Source: an uncultured Hyphomicrobiales bacterium
Lineage (GTDB): Bacteria; Bacteroidota; Ignavibacteria; Kapaibacteriales; UBA2268
DNA length: 52,803 nt
Direction: 5' to 3'
Assembly (NCBI GenBank): GCA_964589125.1
Contig: CAZPSM010000002.1
Coordinates: forward strand, 1-52,803
In this document: in pieces, positions 41,477 to 51,003 of the stretch
Numbering within the stretch: position 1 is the first letter of the stretch
Layout: every line of letters starts with the position of its first letter
Program-made: the position numbers and the translations under genes
The notes under the pieces: model-generated
Databases searched by the model: none
Told to the model about the DNA's origin: nothing
Seen by the model: only the letters and a program-made list of their open reading frames with translations

Positions 41477-42709
41477 ATGGTGGACGATTTTAAATTTCCA
41501 AGCGAGATAACTCCACTCGGCGAAAATCCAAATCGCTTTTTGGATACGCAGAGAAGTCCAACCACATCCCATAGACAAATTAATCTTCGATTGGGTGAAA
41601 TTGTCAAGGGATTAATAATAGACGTTATTTCCCCTAAACAAGCAATAATTAGTCTTCCGAATGGTACATTTACTGCGGAAATACAAGGTAATTTTCGCCG
41701 GGGCGACGAGTTATTCTTTCGAGTCCATTCGCTCGAACCAGCGCTTGTCCTAAAAATTTACAGCGTTTTTGCAAAAACACAGAACGAAGAGCTGCCTACC
41801 CCCGAAATCCTTCGAATACTGGATTTACCGGTGAACAAAGTTTTTACCAAGGTTATCGATTATATGAAATCGCAAGGAAATGTTATTATTCGCGACGAGG
41901 CATTGCAATTTGTCAGTTTTATGGATACAATTTTACAGTCGAACCCCAAAATTGATTTAGACACATTGATAAGCTCGATTAGATTTGCTTTACTATTGAA
42001 AATCGAGCCAACGGAATTATTTTACGATATATACAGAAGTTTGAAGGCTTTACCTTCTTTGCTCGATTTTGCCTTATCTCGAACTGTTGATAATGCTGAA
42101 TTGTTTCCGCGCGACATACGCGAAAGGCTTTTGCAACTACGAACTGCAATCTTTCGGGGTAGAGATTTCCCCTTGTCGGTAAGACTATTAAGCCCTAATT
42201 TTTATACCAACGAAGGCAATTTATTTAACATATTTTCAAAAATTTTTGCTAGTGGAGATTTCCTTTCGCTGCCTTCTAATTTAGGCATTCCTTTCAACGA
42301 AATTATGCAAGGTTATGAATCGTTACTTGTTGTAAATAGTTTGCTATTATCAAGTAATTTGAATTACTTGCTTTTTCTTTTCCCTTTCATTTATGCGGGG
42401 AATCACAGATTTGTTTATACCCGAACCCGTTTCCGTAAAACGAAATATGAAAAAAATCAAAAATTATTTGACTTCGACGACGAAGAACTTATTCGTCCGA
42501 TAAAGGAAAGTATTGAAGAGAACTTGGATAATTTCTTTTCGGATGAGCGGAATTTTCGCGCAGTGGAAGAATATGCAGTTGGTTGTGGAAAACTCGCTCG
42601 AAAGTTGAGCGATAAAATTGTTGTTAAACTTATCGATAGTAAAGTTTTTTCGTTCAAATTGCTACCCCGTGAACCCAACTCGAACCAAAAGATTTCGGTT
42701 GTAATTTAA
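41477..42709 (+). CDS. hypothetical protein, no recognised domain
   Basis: Long ORF with ordinary composition. ATG 41477 is my preferred start; TTG 41426 is the track start. No motif that I can assign. Confidence 0.6.
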   Translation: MVDDFKFPSEITPLGENPNRFLDTQRSPTTSHRQINLRLGEIVKGLIIDVISPKQAIISLPNGTFTAEIQGNFRRGDELFFRVHSLEPALVLKIYSVFAKTQNEELPTPEILRILDLPVNKVFTKVIDYMKSQGNVIIRDEALQFVSFMDTILQSNPKIDLDTLISSIRFALLLKIEPTELFYDIYRSLKALPSLLDFALSRTVDNAELFPRDIRERLLQLRTAIFRGRDFPLSVRLLSPNFYTNEGNLFNIFSKIFASGDFLSLPSNLGIPFNEIMQGYESLLVVNSLLLSSNLNYLLFLFPFIYAGNHRFVYTRTRFRKTKYEKNQKLFDFDDEELIRPIKESIEENLDNFFSDERNFRAVEEYAVGCGKLARKLSDKIVVKLIDSKVFSFKLLPREPNSNQKISVVI

Positions 42710-42760
42710 CCCAATTTATTAAATTTGCTGATTGTGATTGTTCAATAATGATTGGAATAT

Positions 42761-44230
42761 ATGGCATATCCGATTTTTCTTTTCAATTCGTTGACCCGTA
42801 AGATTGAAAAATTTGAACCTTTAGAGGATAAATTGGTTCGTATGTATTCCTGTGGGCCAACTGTTTACAATTATGCTCACATTGGGAATATGCGTTCCTT
42901 CCTTTTTGCGGATTTGCTCCAGCGTGTGTTAAAGGTTGTTGGGGGCTACAAAGTTCGTTGGGTAATGAATATAACCAACATCGATGATAAAACAATACGA
43001 GATAGTGCTGTTGGAAGCGATGCTTGGTTACCAGAAATGGGGCGACAAACCAACAGCCCGATGGATAACCTTAAAAAGTTCACCGAGTATTACAGGAAAG
43101 CGTTTCTCGAAGACATAAAAAAATTAGGAATCAATCTTAAAGACTTTTACAAGATGCCAAAGGCTACGGAATATATCGTTCAAATGCAGGATTTGGTTCG
43201 GAAAATTGTCGAAAGGGGTTTCGGATATATCGCCAATGGTTCTGTTTATTTCGATATTAGTAAATGGCGACAGGTCGATATTTATGGGAAATTATACAGA
43301 ATAGATTTCGATAAATTTAAAGAAGGCTCTCGTATAGATGCCGATAGCTACGAACGAGAAGAGGCAAGCGACTTTGCCCTTTGGAAATCGCGTAAACCCG
43401 GGGAACCTTACTGGGAATTTCGTCTCGATGGTATTAATTGCGATGGACGGCCAGGCTGGCATCTTGAATGCTCGGTGATGGAGCGCGAGATACTTGGTTT
43501 GCCGTTCGATATTCATACCGGCGGGGTCGATTTGAAGTTTCCCCACCACGAAGACGAAATCGCACAAAGCAAGGCCGGCTATGGGGTAGAACCAACTGCC
43601 TTTTGGTGCCATAACGAGTTCTTGCTTGTCGAAGGGAAAAAAATGAGCAAATCGTTAGGAAACTTTTTTACACTTCGAGATTTAATTGCTCGTGGAATTG
43701 ACCCGCTCGATATCCGTTATCTGATGTTCTCCACTCACTATTCTACGCAATTGAACTTTACTTTCGATGGGCTCAATGCTGCTCGAAAGGCAAGGGCAAG
43801 AATACAAGATTATATCTACGATTTGTTCGAAATTTCGAACCCCAAACCATCGTTTGTAGATATTGAAGCCTTGAAGGACTCCATATTTACAGATTTAGGT
43901 TACGATTTGCAGGTTCCGAAAGCGTTGGCTACTTTGTTCGAGTTTATCAACGAGCATCCTGCGAATGAGTTTGGCAAAGAAAATGCGAATAATCTACTTA
44001 AACTATTCCGACAATTGAATAAGATTTTTGGGGTGTGGAAACTCACCCCACGCCCGAAAGAGTCAATCGAAATACCCGAAGAGGTAACTAAACTTGCCCG
44101 TGAAAGGTTCGAAGCGCGCAAAGCGAAAGACTTTGAAAAGGCAGACTTACTGAGAGAAAAAATAAATCAGCTTGGTTTTAATGTGCTCGACACAAAGGAA
44201 AGTTATATGCTTGAACCAAAGAAGAAGTAA
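42761..44230 (+). CDS. cysS: cysteine--tRNA ligase
   Basis: CGPTVYNYAHIGNMR (HIGH) and KMSKSLGN (KMSKS). ATG 42761 lies within the track ORF. Confidence 0.95.
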   Translation: MAYPIFLFNSLTRKIEKFEPLEDKLVRMYSCGPTVYNYAHIGNMRSFLFADLLQRVLKVVGGYKVRWVMNITNIDDKTIRDSAVGSDAWLPEMGRQTNSPMDNLKKFTEYYRKAFLEDIKKLGINLKDFYKMPKATEYIVQMQDLVRKIVERGFGYIANGSVYFDISKWRQVDIYGKLYRIDFDKFKEGSRIDADSYEREEASDFALWKSRKPGEPYWEFRLDGINCDGRPGWHLECSVMEREILGLPFDIHTGGVDLKFPHHEDEIAQSKAGYGVEPTAFWCHNEFLLVEGKKMSKSLGNFFTLRDLIARGIDPLDIRYLMFSTHYSTQLNFTFDGLNAARKARARIQDYIYDLFEISNPKPSFVDIEALKDSIFTDLGYDLQVPKALATLFEFINEHPANEFGKENANNLLKLFRQLNKIFGVWKLTPRPKESIEIPEEVTKLARERFEARKAKDFEKADLLREKINQLGFNVLDTKESYMLEPKKK

Positions 44231-44415
44231 GCAAAGGATTTGTTATTTTTGTTTTAAGTTTTAAATTATATATCGGTAAAGATGATGAAAGATGAGCAAG
44301 AGGATAAATGGAGGTGTTATATTATAAGTTGTATTCAAACAATGTGGGCTTTAAACAAATCAGAGATATATACGAATTTCAAGGCATACGCCATCGCCTT
44401 GGGGAGCAATAAGCA

Positions 44416-45049
44416 GTGTCGAAACGATTGATAGAAATCTTCGATGATGAAAAGACTGTAGAAAAAATCACAAAACGATTGCCTTATCTATTCCAACTCG
44501 CGGAATTAGAAAGTTCAAGGGCAGGCAAAACAGGGATGGAAGTCGGTTCACTTCGAGAAAAGATAATTGTAGCTTTGCTCATTTATAAATTCGGTGAAGC
44601 AAATGTAGAGACAGAAATTCCTATTACTGAGTCAGAAGTAGATGTGAAATTATTTGGTGAACCAGTATCAATTAAAACTATTACCGGAAAAGGTTTTGCT
44701 GGTGTTAAATTAATTTGGACTGTTGATGCTCAAAAGGGCAGAAGACTTTCATAAAACTTATTATCCCCGTTGTGATATTTTGCTTGTGCAAATCAACTGG
44801 AACGATATAGGAGGTTTTTATTACATCCCATTAGCAACTCAAAAACGGCTTTTTGATAAAATAGGCAGAGAAAGTTATATTAAACTTCCAAAACCCGGAA
44901 CAAATCCAAGAGGTGTTGAAATTACTAAAGAGGCATTGTCGAGTTTAGTTGAGGATAGTATGGCCAGAAGAATCGTAGTAAATTGGCAAAAAACAAAGAT
45001 TGAGTTTAATTCCTATAAAAGATGGGTTGATCTCTGGAGGGAGGACTAA
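44416..45049 (+). pseudogene. type II restriction endonuclease candidate, frameshifted in the A4G3 run at 44732-44738
   Basis: ORFs 44416-44754 and 44723-45049 join as ..IWTVDAQK|AEDFHKTYYP.. if one nt is removed from CAAAAGGGC. GTG start after GGGGAG. A D...SxK-like motif (SEVDVKLFGEPVSIKT) is present. The stop abuts the methyltransferase ATG. Confidence 0.6.
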
Positions 45050-46015
45050 ATGGGAAACTATAAGAAAAAAGATGGGACGAAAACGAGTGCATTCGGCTCT
45101 CCTGGAAGAATCAATCACGATTCTACCCCTTTTTATACGAGCAGACTATATGAAGGGTTGCCCAAAGAAGAATTTGTAAAATATACGGAAAACCCAATTC
45201 TGTCTCAGTATCTGGATAAAGTTTTTTGTAAGTCAAGCGAAAAGATGGAAGAACTACCAGATAATAGCGTTCATCTAATGGTTACTTCGCCGCCATATAA
45301 CGTAGGAAAGGAGTATGATGAGAACCTTACCTTAAATGAGTATAGGGTATTTTTAAAAAGAGTATTGAGTGAAGTTAAAAGAGTTCTTGTCCCCGGCGGA
45401 AGAGTGTGTATTAATATCGCCAATCTTGGAAGGAAACCGTACATTCCTCTCCATGCATTTATCGTTGAAGATATGCTTGATTTAGGATTTTTAATGCGAG
45501 GTGAAATCATTTGGAATAAAGCTTCAAGTGGTAGTCCTTCAACTGCATGGGGTAGCTGGCTTTCCGCTAAAAATCCGACATTAAGAGACATTCATGAATA
45601 TATTTTGGTCTTTTCTAAAGGGATGTTCGCAAGGGAAAATCTCGGAAGAAAAAGCACAATTTCTAAAGAGGAGTTTTTGGAGTTTACTAAAAGTGTTTGG
45701 ACATTTGCCGCAGAGCCAGCAGGAAAAGTTGGGCACCCGGCACCGTTCCCTGTTGAATTACCCTATAGGTTGATTCAACTTTACACCTTTGAGGGAGAAA
45801 TTGTTCTGGACCCATTTATAGGAAGCGGACAAACAGCAATCGCAGCAATAAAAAGCAGACGGTACTATGTTGGATATGATATAAATGAGGAGTATGTAAA
45901 ATTAGCAGAAAGGCGAACTAAAGAGTTTGTTCTAACTTTTTATGCTTCAAAGTTATTTGAATTTGAAGAAAAAAGGAATGATAAAGATGGCGGAACTTCC
46001 GACAACACAACATAA
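45050..46015 (+). CDS. beta-class DNA methyltransferase (N4-cytosine/N6-adenine family; SPPY suggests N4-C)
   Basis: Motif IV LMVTSPPYN lies near the N-terminus. HPAPFPVELPYRLI followed by VLDPFIGSGQT and YVGYDINEEYVKLAERR lie near the C-terminus. Confidence 0.88.
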   Translation: MGNYKKKDGTKTSAFGSPGRINHDSTPFYTSRLYEGLPKEEFVKYTENPILSQYLDKVFCKSSEKMEELPDNSVHLMVTSPPYNVGKEYDENLTLNEYRVFLKRVLSEVKRVLVPGGRVCINIANLGRKPYIPLHAFIVEDMLDLGFLMRGEIIWNKASSGSPSTAWGSWLSAKNPTLRDIHEYILVFSKGMFARENLGRKSTISKEEFLEFTKSVWTFAAEPAGKVGHPAPFPVELPYRLIQLYTFEGEIVLDPFIGSGQTAIAAIKSRRYYVGYDINEEYVKLAERRTKEFVLTFYASKLFEFEEKRNDKDGGTSDNTT

Positions 46016-46039
46016 AAAGTTCACCTCGATAATCTCACA

Positions 46040-46064
46040 ATTCCGCCAAAGGCGGAACTCCTTT
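46040..46064 (+). terminator. terminator candidate after the methyltransferase
   Basis: TTCCGCC-aaa-GGCGGAA (7 bp), followed by CTCCTTTT. Confidence 0.45.
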
Positions 46065-46098
46065 TATGCTGGGAACAATAAGTTAGATTTTATTATAT

Positions 46099-47355
46099 TT
46101 GTATGGCATGGAAGTCGATTTTTACAAAAAACTAATCTTGGGGGCACCAATCGGGTTTGCTCATCATAAAGTTATTTTAGATGAATCGGGACAGCCGAAT
46201 AATTTTATTTACCTCGAAGTCAACCACGCATTTGAGCAAATTACAGGCTTAAGAGCCGAAATGCTGGTCGGACGTAAGTTCAGCGAAATTCGTCGAAGGG
46301 TCGAGCGAAAAAAATTAAATTTGCTCGATTTATATAGCGAAATTGCTCTTAATGGTGGTTGTAAAACTTTCGACTACTTTTCTGAATCTTCGCAGCAGTG
46401 GTCGAAAGCAGTTGTTTTTTCCAACGAAAAGTATTTTTTTACAATCTTTTTTATTGATATAACAGACGAAAAAAAACAATTAAGCGAATTAGCGAAAAGT
46501 TTAGAAAGTATTAGCCGATATAACGAGGAACTTCAGCAAGTTCATGAGGAAATGGCTTTTATGATGGAAATGCTCGACAATGTCGTAAACGAGAGAAACG
46601 ACTTAATTGAGGAACTTTCGATAGTAAAAGAAAAACTGGATTTACTAAATCTTCAAAAAGATAAGGTATGTTCGATTATTGCCCACGACCTTCGAAGCCC
46701 TTTTTCTGGTTTACTTGGGATGTCGAAAATCCTTTACGAAAATCTTCAGAGTTTAACACAGGAGGAGGTTCAGGATTTTGTGAAAACATTGAAAGAATCA
46801 ATAGAAAGCACATATAAATTGCTTGAGAATTTACTCGAGTGGTCAAGATTGCAGCGCGGGATGATACCCTTCAAGCCCGACTATTTCGATTTTGGTGAGT
46901 TAGTAGCAGTAGTAGTTGCCGTTCAAGCAATAAAAGCGAGAGAGAAAGAAATTGCTATTATCAATAATGTTCCCAACGATTTAGTAGTTTATGGGGACTA
47001 TAATATGTTGGGTACGGTTTTGCGTAACCTTGTTTCTAATGCGATTAAATTCACACCGAGAGGTGGTAAAGTAGAAATTACTTCGAAAAATAATGGAGAG
47101 TTTATAGAAGTAAGTGTAAAAGATACTGGAATTGGAATTCCCGAGGAAATGATACTAGACCTTTTTCGAATAGGAGCAAAAACATCGCGTTCTGGAACGG
47201 AAGGTGAAGTAAGCTCGGGTTTTGGACTTATTCTATGCAAGGAACTGATTGATAAACATCTTGGTAAAATTTGGGTCGAAAGCCAAGTAGGAAAAGGAAC
47301 TACGTTCTATTTCACTATTCCACAAAATAATGTGGCTAATGAAACGGAAAAATAG
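46099..47355 (+). CDS. cytoplasmic PAS-domain sensor histidine kinase
   Basis: PAS-like N-terminus, coiled coil, H-box IIAHDLRSPF, N-box NLVSNAIKFTP, G1 DTGIGIP, G2 GFGLILCKE. No TM segment and no adjacent response regulator. Confidence 0.85.
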   Translation: MYGMEVDFYKKLILGAPIGFAHHKVILDESGQPNNFIYLEVNHAFEQITGLRAEMLVGRKFSEIRRRVERKKLNLLDLYSEIALNGGCKTFDYFSESSQQWSKAVVFSNEKYFFTIFFIDITDEKKQLSELAKSLESISRYNEELQQVHEEMAFMMEMLDNVVNERNDLIEELSIVKEKLDLLNLQKDKVCSIIAHDLRSPFSGLLGMSKILYENLQSLTQEEVQDFVKTLKESIESTYKLLENLLEWSRLQRGMIPFKPDYFDFGELVAVVVAVQAIKAREKEIAIINNVPNDLVVYGDYNMLGTVLRNLVSNAIKFTPRGGKVEITSKNNGEFIEVSVKDTGIGIPEEMILDLFRIGAKTSRSGTEGEVSSGFGLILCKELIDKHLGKIWVESQVGKGTTFYFTIPQNNVANETEK

Positions 47356-47442
47356 TAGTATTTTTTGGATATTTCCTAAAAAGATAGTAATTTGCTTTTC
47401 TTAATTTTACAGAAAGAAAAAATATATTAGGAGTTTCTGGAA

Positions 47443-47889
47443 GTGAAAATAACAGATAAGATTACGCGTTCTATCAAACAGGACGAGGTGCAACGGGACT
47501 GGTGGCTTATCGACGCCACGGGACAAACGCTTGGACGGCTAGCTAGCCAAATAGCCAAAATCCTTCGTGGTAAGCACAAACCAATTTTTACCCCCCATGT
47601 CGATACCGGCGACTTCGTTATCGTTATCAATGCCGATAAAATTAACATAGAAGGCAAACGCTACGAAATGAAAGAATATTTTCGCTATACGGGTTATCCC
47701 GGGGGTGCGGTTTTCGAAAAATTCAAAGATTTGGTATCGAAGAAGCCAGAATTTGTTATACAGCATGCTGTTTGGGGTATGCTTCCCAAGAACCGACTGG
47801 GACGGAAAATCATAAAAAAACTTAAAGTTTATCGGGGTAGCGAGCATCCTCATTCAGCACAAAAACCTAAATTGTTGTCTTTCAACTAG
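47443..47889 (+). CDS. rplM: 50S ribosomal protein L13
   Basis: GTG start after AGGAG. RDWWLIDATGQTLGRLAS..LRGKHKP. Confidence 0.96.
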   Translation: MKITDKITRSIKQDEVQRDWWLIDATGQTLGRLASQIAKILRGKHKPIFTPHVDTGDFVIVINADKINIEGKRYEMKEYFRYTGYPGGAVFEKFKDLVSKKPEFVIQHAVWGMLPKNRLGRKIIKKLKVYRGSEHPHSAQKPKLLSFN

Positions 47890-47912
47890 TAAAAATTTGT
47901 GGAGAAGAATAG

Positions 47913-48299
47913 ATGAAAACTGTAACTGCAACTGGACGACGAAAAACAGCCGTAGCAAAGGTGTGGTTAATCCCAGGTTCGGGGCGAATAACGATTAACG
48001 GGCGTCCATTTGAAGAATATTTCCCAATCGAAAGTCAACGAGTCAAAATCCTTTGGCCATTCGAGGTAACGAAAACAATAGGGAAATTTGATGTTATTGC
48101 AAAAACGAATGGTGGTGGAATTAGCGGTCAAATGGGTGCAGTTCAATTGGGAATCGCTCGCTCTTTGGTTGAATATGAAGAATCGTTCAAATCTGTATTG
48201 AAAGATTTCGGTTTGCTGACCCGCGACCCTCGGATGGTTGAACGAAAGAAATATGGGCAAAAGAAAGCGCGCAAACGCTTCCAGTTTTCAAAACGATAA
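47913..48299 (+). CDS. rpsI: 30S ribosomal protein S9
   Basis: [23 protein letters not shown]; ends [11 protein letters not shown]. Confidence 0.96.
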   Translation: MKTVTATGRRKTAVAKVWLIPGSGRITINGRPFEEYFPIESQRVKILWPFEVTKTIGKFDVIAKTNGGGISGQMGAVQLGIARSLVEYEESFKSVLKDFGLLTRDPRMVERKKYGQKKARKRFQFSKR

Positions 48300-48314
48300 T
48301 TTTTAAATTACCAT

Positions 48315-48379
48315 GTTTCGGGATTGCTTGTGTGTGGCGCCATATTAATCGAGCGTTGAGCAAGCAAGATGAACGAAAC
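48315..48379 (+). promoter_or_regulatory. extended stem-loop in the rpsB 5' leader
   Basis: GTTTCG(48315-20)/CGAAAC(48374-79) closes an inner stem TTGCTTG(48324-30)/CAAGCAA(48361-67) around a 30-nt loop. It ends 28 nt upstream of the rpsB ATG. Confidence 0.35.
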
Positions 48380-48407
48380 AGATGTTTAACACAATTAGGA
48401 GTATTTA

Positions 48408-49286
48408 ATGTCACATTCTGTAACAATTGAACAACTTCTCGAAGCAGGTGCTCATTTTGGGCATCTCACTCGTCGATGGAATCCTAAGATGGGGAAATTC
48501 ATTTTTACCGAAAAGAACGGGATTCACATCATCGATTTACGAATAACCCAAATCCTTCTCGATTATGCTCGAAACGCCGCCTTCAACATTGCCTCGCAAG
48601 GGAAAAAAATTCTATTTGTTGGAACGAAACCACAGGCTAAAGAAACTATTCAAAACGAGGCACTTCGATGCGATACTTTTTATGTTTCTGAGCGCTGGCT
48701 CGGTGGGATGTTGACCAACTTTACAACGATTCGTCGTAGTATTAAACGACTAAAAACAATTACCAATTGGGAAACTGATGGTACTTTCGACAAAATGACT
48801 AAGAAAGAGCGCCTTCTTTTAGTTCGCGAACGTGAACGTCTTCGCAAGGTCTTCGGTGGCATCGAAGAAATGACATCTTTGCCAGGAGGATTGTTCATTG
48901 TAGATATTAAAAAGGAACACATTGCTGTGAAAGAAGCGCGGACTCTTGGGATTCCGGTCATTGCAATTTTGGATACTAATTGCGACCCCGAACTTGTTGA
49001 CCATCCGATTCCAGCAAACGATGATTCAGCGATGACTATACAATTAATTACCAAGGTGATTGCCGATGCTGTCATCGAAGGAAGGCAAGTTTGGGAAGAA
49101 AAATCTCGTGAACCACTGTTAGAAGGCAAGGTTTTAGGAACAGAAGAAATCCCCGCGGGGATGTCGTCTGTTAAAACTAAAATCCGAAGGCGAAAGCCAA
49201 GAAAATCGGATGTAGGAGTGGGCACCGGTGGCATAAAGCCCAAAATTGAAAAATTGGATACCGAAGAAAGCGAAAGAAATGAATAA
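48408..49286 (+). CDS. rpsB: 30S ribosomal protein S2 (with about 50-aa C-terminal tail)
   Basis: LLEAGAHFGH..RRWNPKM; ERWLGGMLTNF; IPVIAILDTNCDP. Confidence 0.96.
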   Translation: MSHSVTIEQLLEAGAHFGHLTRRWNPKMGKFIFTEKNGIHIIDLRITQILLDYARNAAFNIASQGKKILFVGTKPQAKETIQNEALRCDTFYVSERWLGGMLTNFTTIRRSIKRLKTITNWETDGTFDKMTKKERLLLVRERERLRKVFGGIEEMTSLPGGLFIVDIKKEHIAVKEARTLGIPVIAILDTNCDPELVDHPIPANDDSAMTIQLITKVIADAVIEGRQVWEEKSREPLLEGKVLGTEEIPAGMSSVKTKIRRRKPRKSDVGVGTGGIKPKIEKLDTEESERNE

Positions 49287-49319
49287 AATTCTTTAATTTA
49301 AAATGATAGGAACGTTCAA

Positions 49320-50192
49320 ATGACTCAAATAACACCACAAATGGTAAAGGAACTCCGCGAGAAAACTGGTGCGGGGATGGGTGATTGCAAAAATGCGCTC
49401 GTCGAATCGAACGGCGATATGAAATTGGCAATAGAAATTCTTCGACGCAAAGGAGCCGCTTCGGCAGCAAAACGCGCCGAACGCGAGGCAAAAGAAGGAA
49501 TAATCGCCATCGCTGTTGCTCCTAATCACAAAAAGGCTTCGATTGTCGAAATTAACTGCGAAACCGATTTCGTCGCTCGCAACGAAAATTTCGTTAACTA
49601 TGCAAATATCGTTGTAAATGCTTTGCTCAACAACAATGTTGCTACTCTCGATGACTTAATGAATTGCAAATACGATGACGACACAATTCGAGGGATGCAC
49701 AACGAAATTTTAGCAAAATTCCAAGAGAACATTCAAATCCGTCGTTTCGAAACCATCGAAACCGATGGCTACATTTCCGATTATGTCCATGCTGGAAGTA
49801 AATTGGGTGTACTTGTTGTGTTTGAGTTTGATAAACAGGTGGACAATTTTACCGACCAAGCCAAGCAGAATTTTCGCGATATCGCTATGCAAATTGCGGC
49901 TATGAACCCTATGTATATTGACCGCAATTCTATTAGCCCCGAAGTTATTCAGAAGGAATTGGCAATTTATACAGAACAAGCAATCAACGAGGGTAAGAAA
50001 CCAGAAATTGCCGAACGTATTGCAAAAGGCAAACTCGAAAAATTCTTCCAAGAACAATGCCTTGTCGAGCAAACTTTTATTAAGGACGGAAATCTTTCGG
50101 TGAAAGATTATCTTGGAAATATCGAAAAATCGCTTGGAATTCAGATAAAAATTCAGCAATTTAGAAGATATTATCTGGGTGAAGTAGAATAA
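49320..50192 (+). CDS. tsf: elongation factor Ts
   Basis: VKELREKTGAGMGDCKNAL (UBA-like N-terminus); INCETDFVARNENF. Confidence 0.95.
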   Translation: MTQITPQMVKELREKTGAGMGDCKNALVESNGDMKLAIEILRRKGAASAAKRAEREAKEGIIAIAVAPNHKKASIVEINCETDFVARNENFVNYANIVVNALLNNNVATLDDLMNCKYDDDTIRGMHNEILAKFQENIQIRRFETIETDGYISDYVHAGSKLGVLVVFEFDKQVDNFTDQAKQNFRDIAMQIAAMNPMYIDRNSISPEVIQKELAIYTEQAINEGKKPEIAERIAKGKLEKFFQEQCLVEQTFIKDGNLSVKDYLGNIEKSLGIQIKIQQFRRYYLGEVE

Positions 50193-50195
50193 TTT

Positions 50196-50915
50196 ATGGG
50201 CATTGTTCCAAAATATAAGCGAATCCTGCTGAAGCTCAGTGGAGAAGCTTTAATGGGCGAAGGGGATTTTGGTATTGACCCCGTCGCCCTTAAATTTTTT
50301 GCCGAAGAAATTAATGCGGTTCACCAACTTGGTGTCGAAATTGGAATCGTAATCGGTGGAGGTAATATTTTTCGCGGGATACAAGCGGCAGCAAAAGGAA
50401 TCGACAAAGTTTCGGGCGATTATATGGGAATGCTCGCTACTATCATTAATTGTCTTGCTTTCCAAAATGCACTCGAAGATTTAGGAATAGAAACCCGTCT
50501 GCAAACTGCAATTACAATGACCAGTGTTGCCGAGCCTTACATTCGCCGCAAAGCAATTCGCCATCTGGAAAAAGGCAGAATTGTGCTCTTCGGCGGTGGA
50601 ACTGGGCTACCAAACTTTACAACCGACACGACTGCTGTCCTTCGCGCAATAGACATTGGAGCCAATGCCATTGTCAAAGGCACAAGGGTCGAAGGTGTTT
50701 TCGATTCCGACCCATTGAAGAACCCGGAAGCCAAACTTTTGAAACTTTTGACCTACAACGAGGCTATATCCCATAATCTTGCAATTATGGACCAAACTGC
50801 TTTCACATTGAGCCGTGAACATAATATCCCTATTATTGTTTTAAATATAAACAGAAAAGACAATCTCCTTCGCCTTATACAAGGGGAACCAATCGGCTCT
50901 CTTGTAACTAATTAG
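50196..50915 (+). CDS. pyrH: UMP kinase
   Basis: YKRILLKLSGEAL; VIGGGNIFRG; GTGLPNFTTDTTA. Confidence 0.96.
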   Translation: MGIVPKYKRILLKLSGEALMGEGDFGIDPVALKFFAEEINAVHQLGVEIGIVIGGGNIFRGIQAAAKGIDKVSGDYMGMLATIINCLAFQNALEDLGIETRLQTAITMTSVAEPYIRRKAIRHLEKGRIVLFGGGTGLPNFTTDTTAVLRAIDIGANAIVKGTRVEGVFDSDPLKNPEAKLLKLLTYNEAISHNLAIMDQTAFTLSREHNIPIIVLNINRKDNLLRLIQGEPIGSLVTN

Positions 50916-51003
50916 ATTTAATATCCGATGACAATGGGAAATTGGATTTATTCTCAAAAGAATTTATTAAGTTGCTTGCTGGGAAGGAACGAAGAGGCTA
51001 CAA

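Noticed and set aside
44282-44434. 50-codon ORF (MMKDEQEDKWRCYIISC...) upstream of and overlapping the second nuclease start, considered as a possible controller (C) protein.
   Set aside because: I could see no helix-turn-helix pattern. It is Cys-rich, it is in a different frame from the nuclease, and it has no obvious SD.
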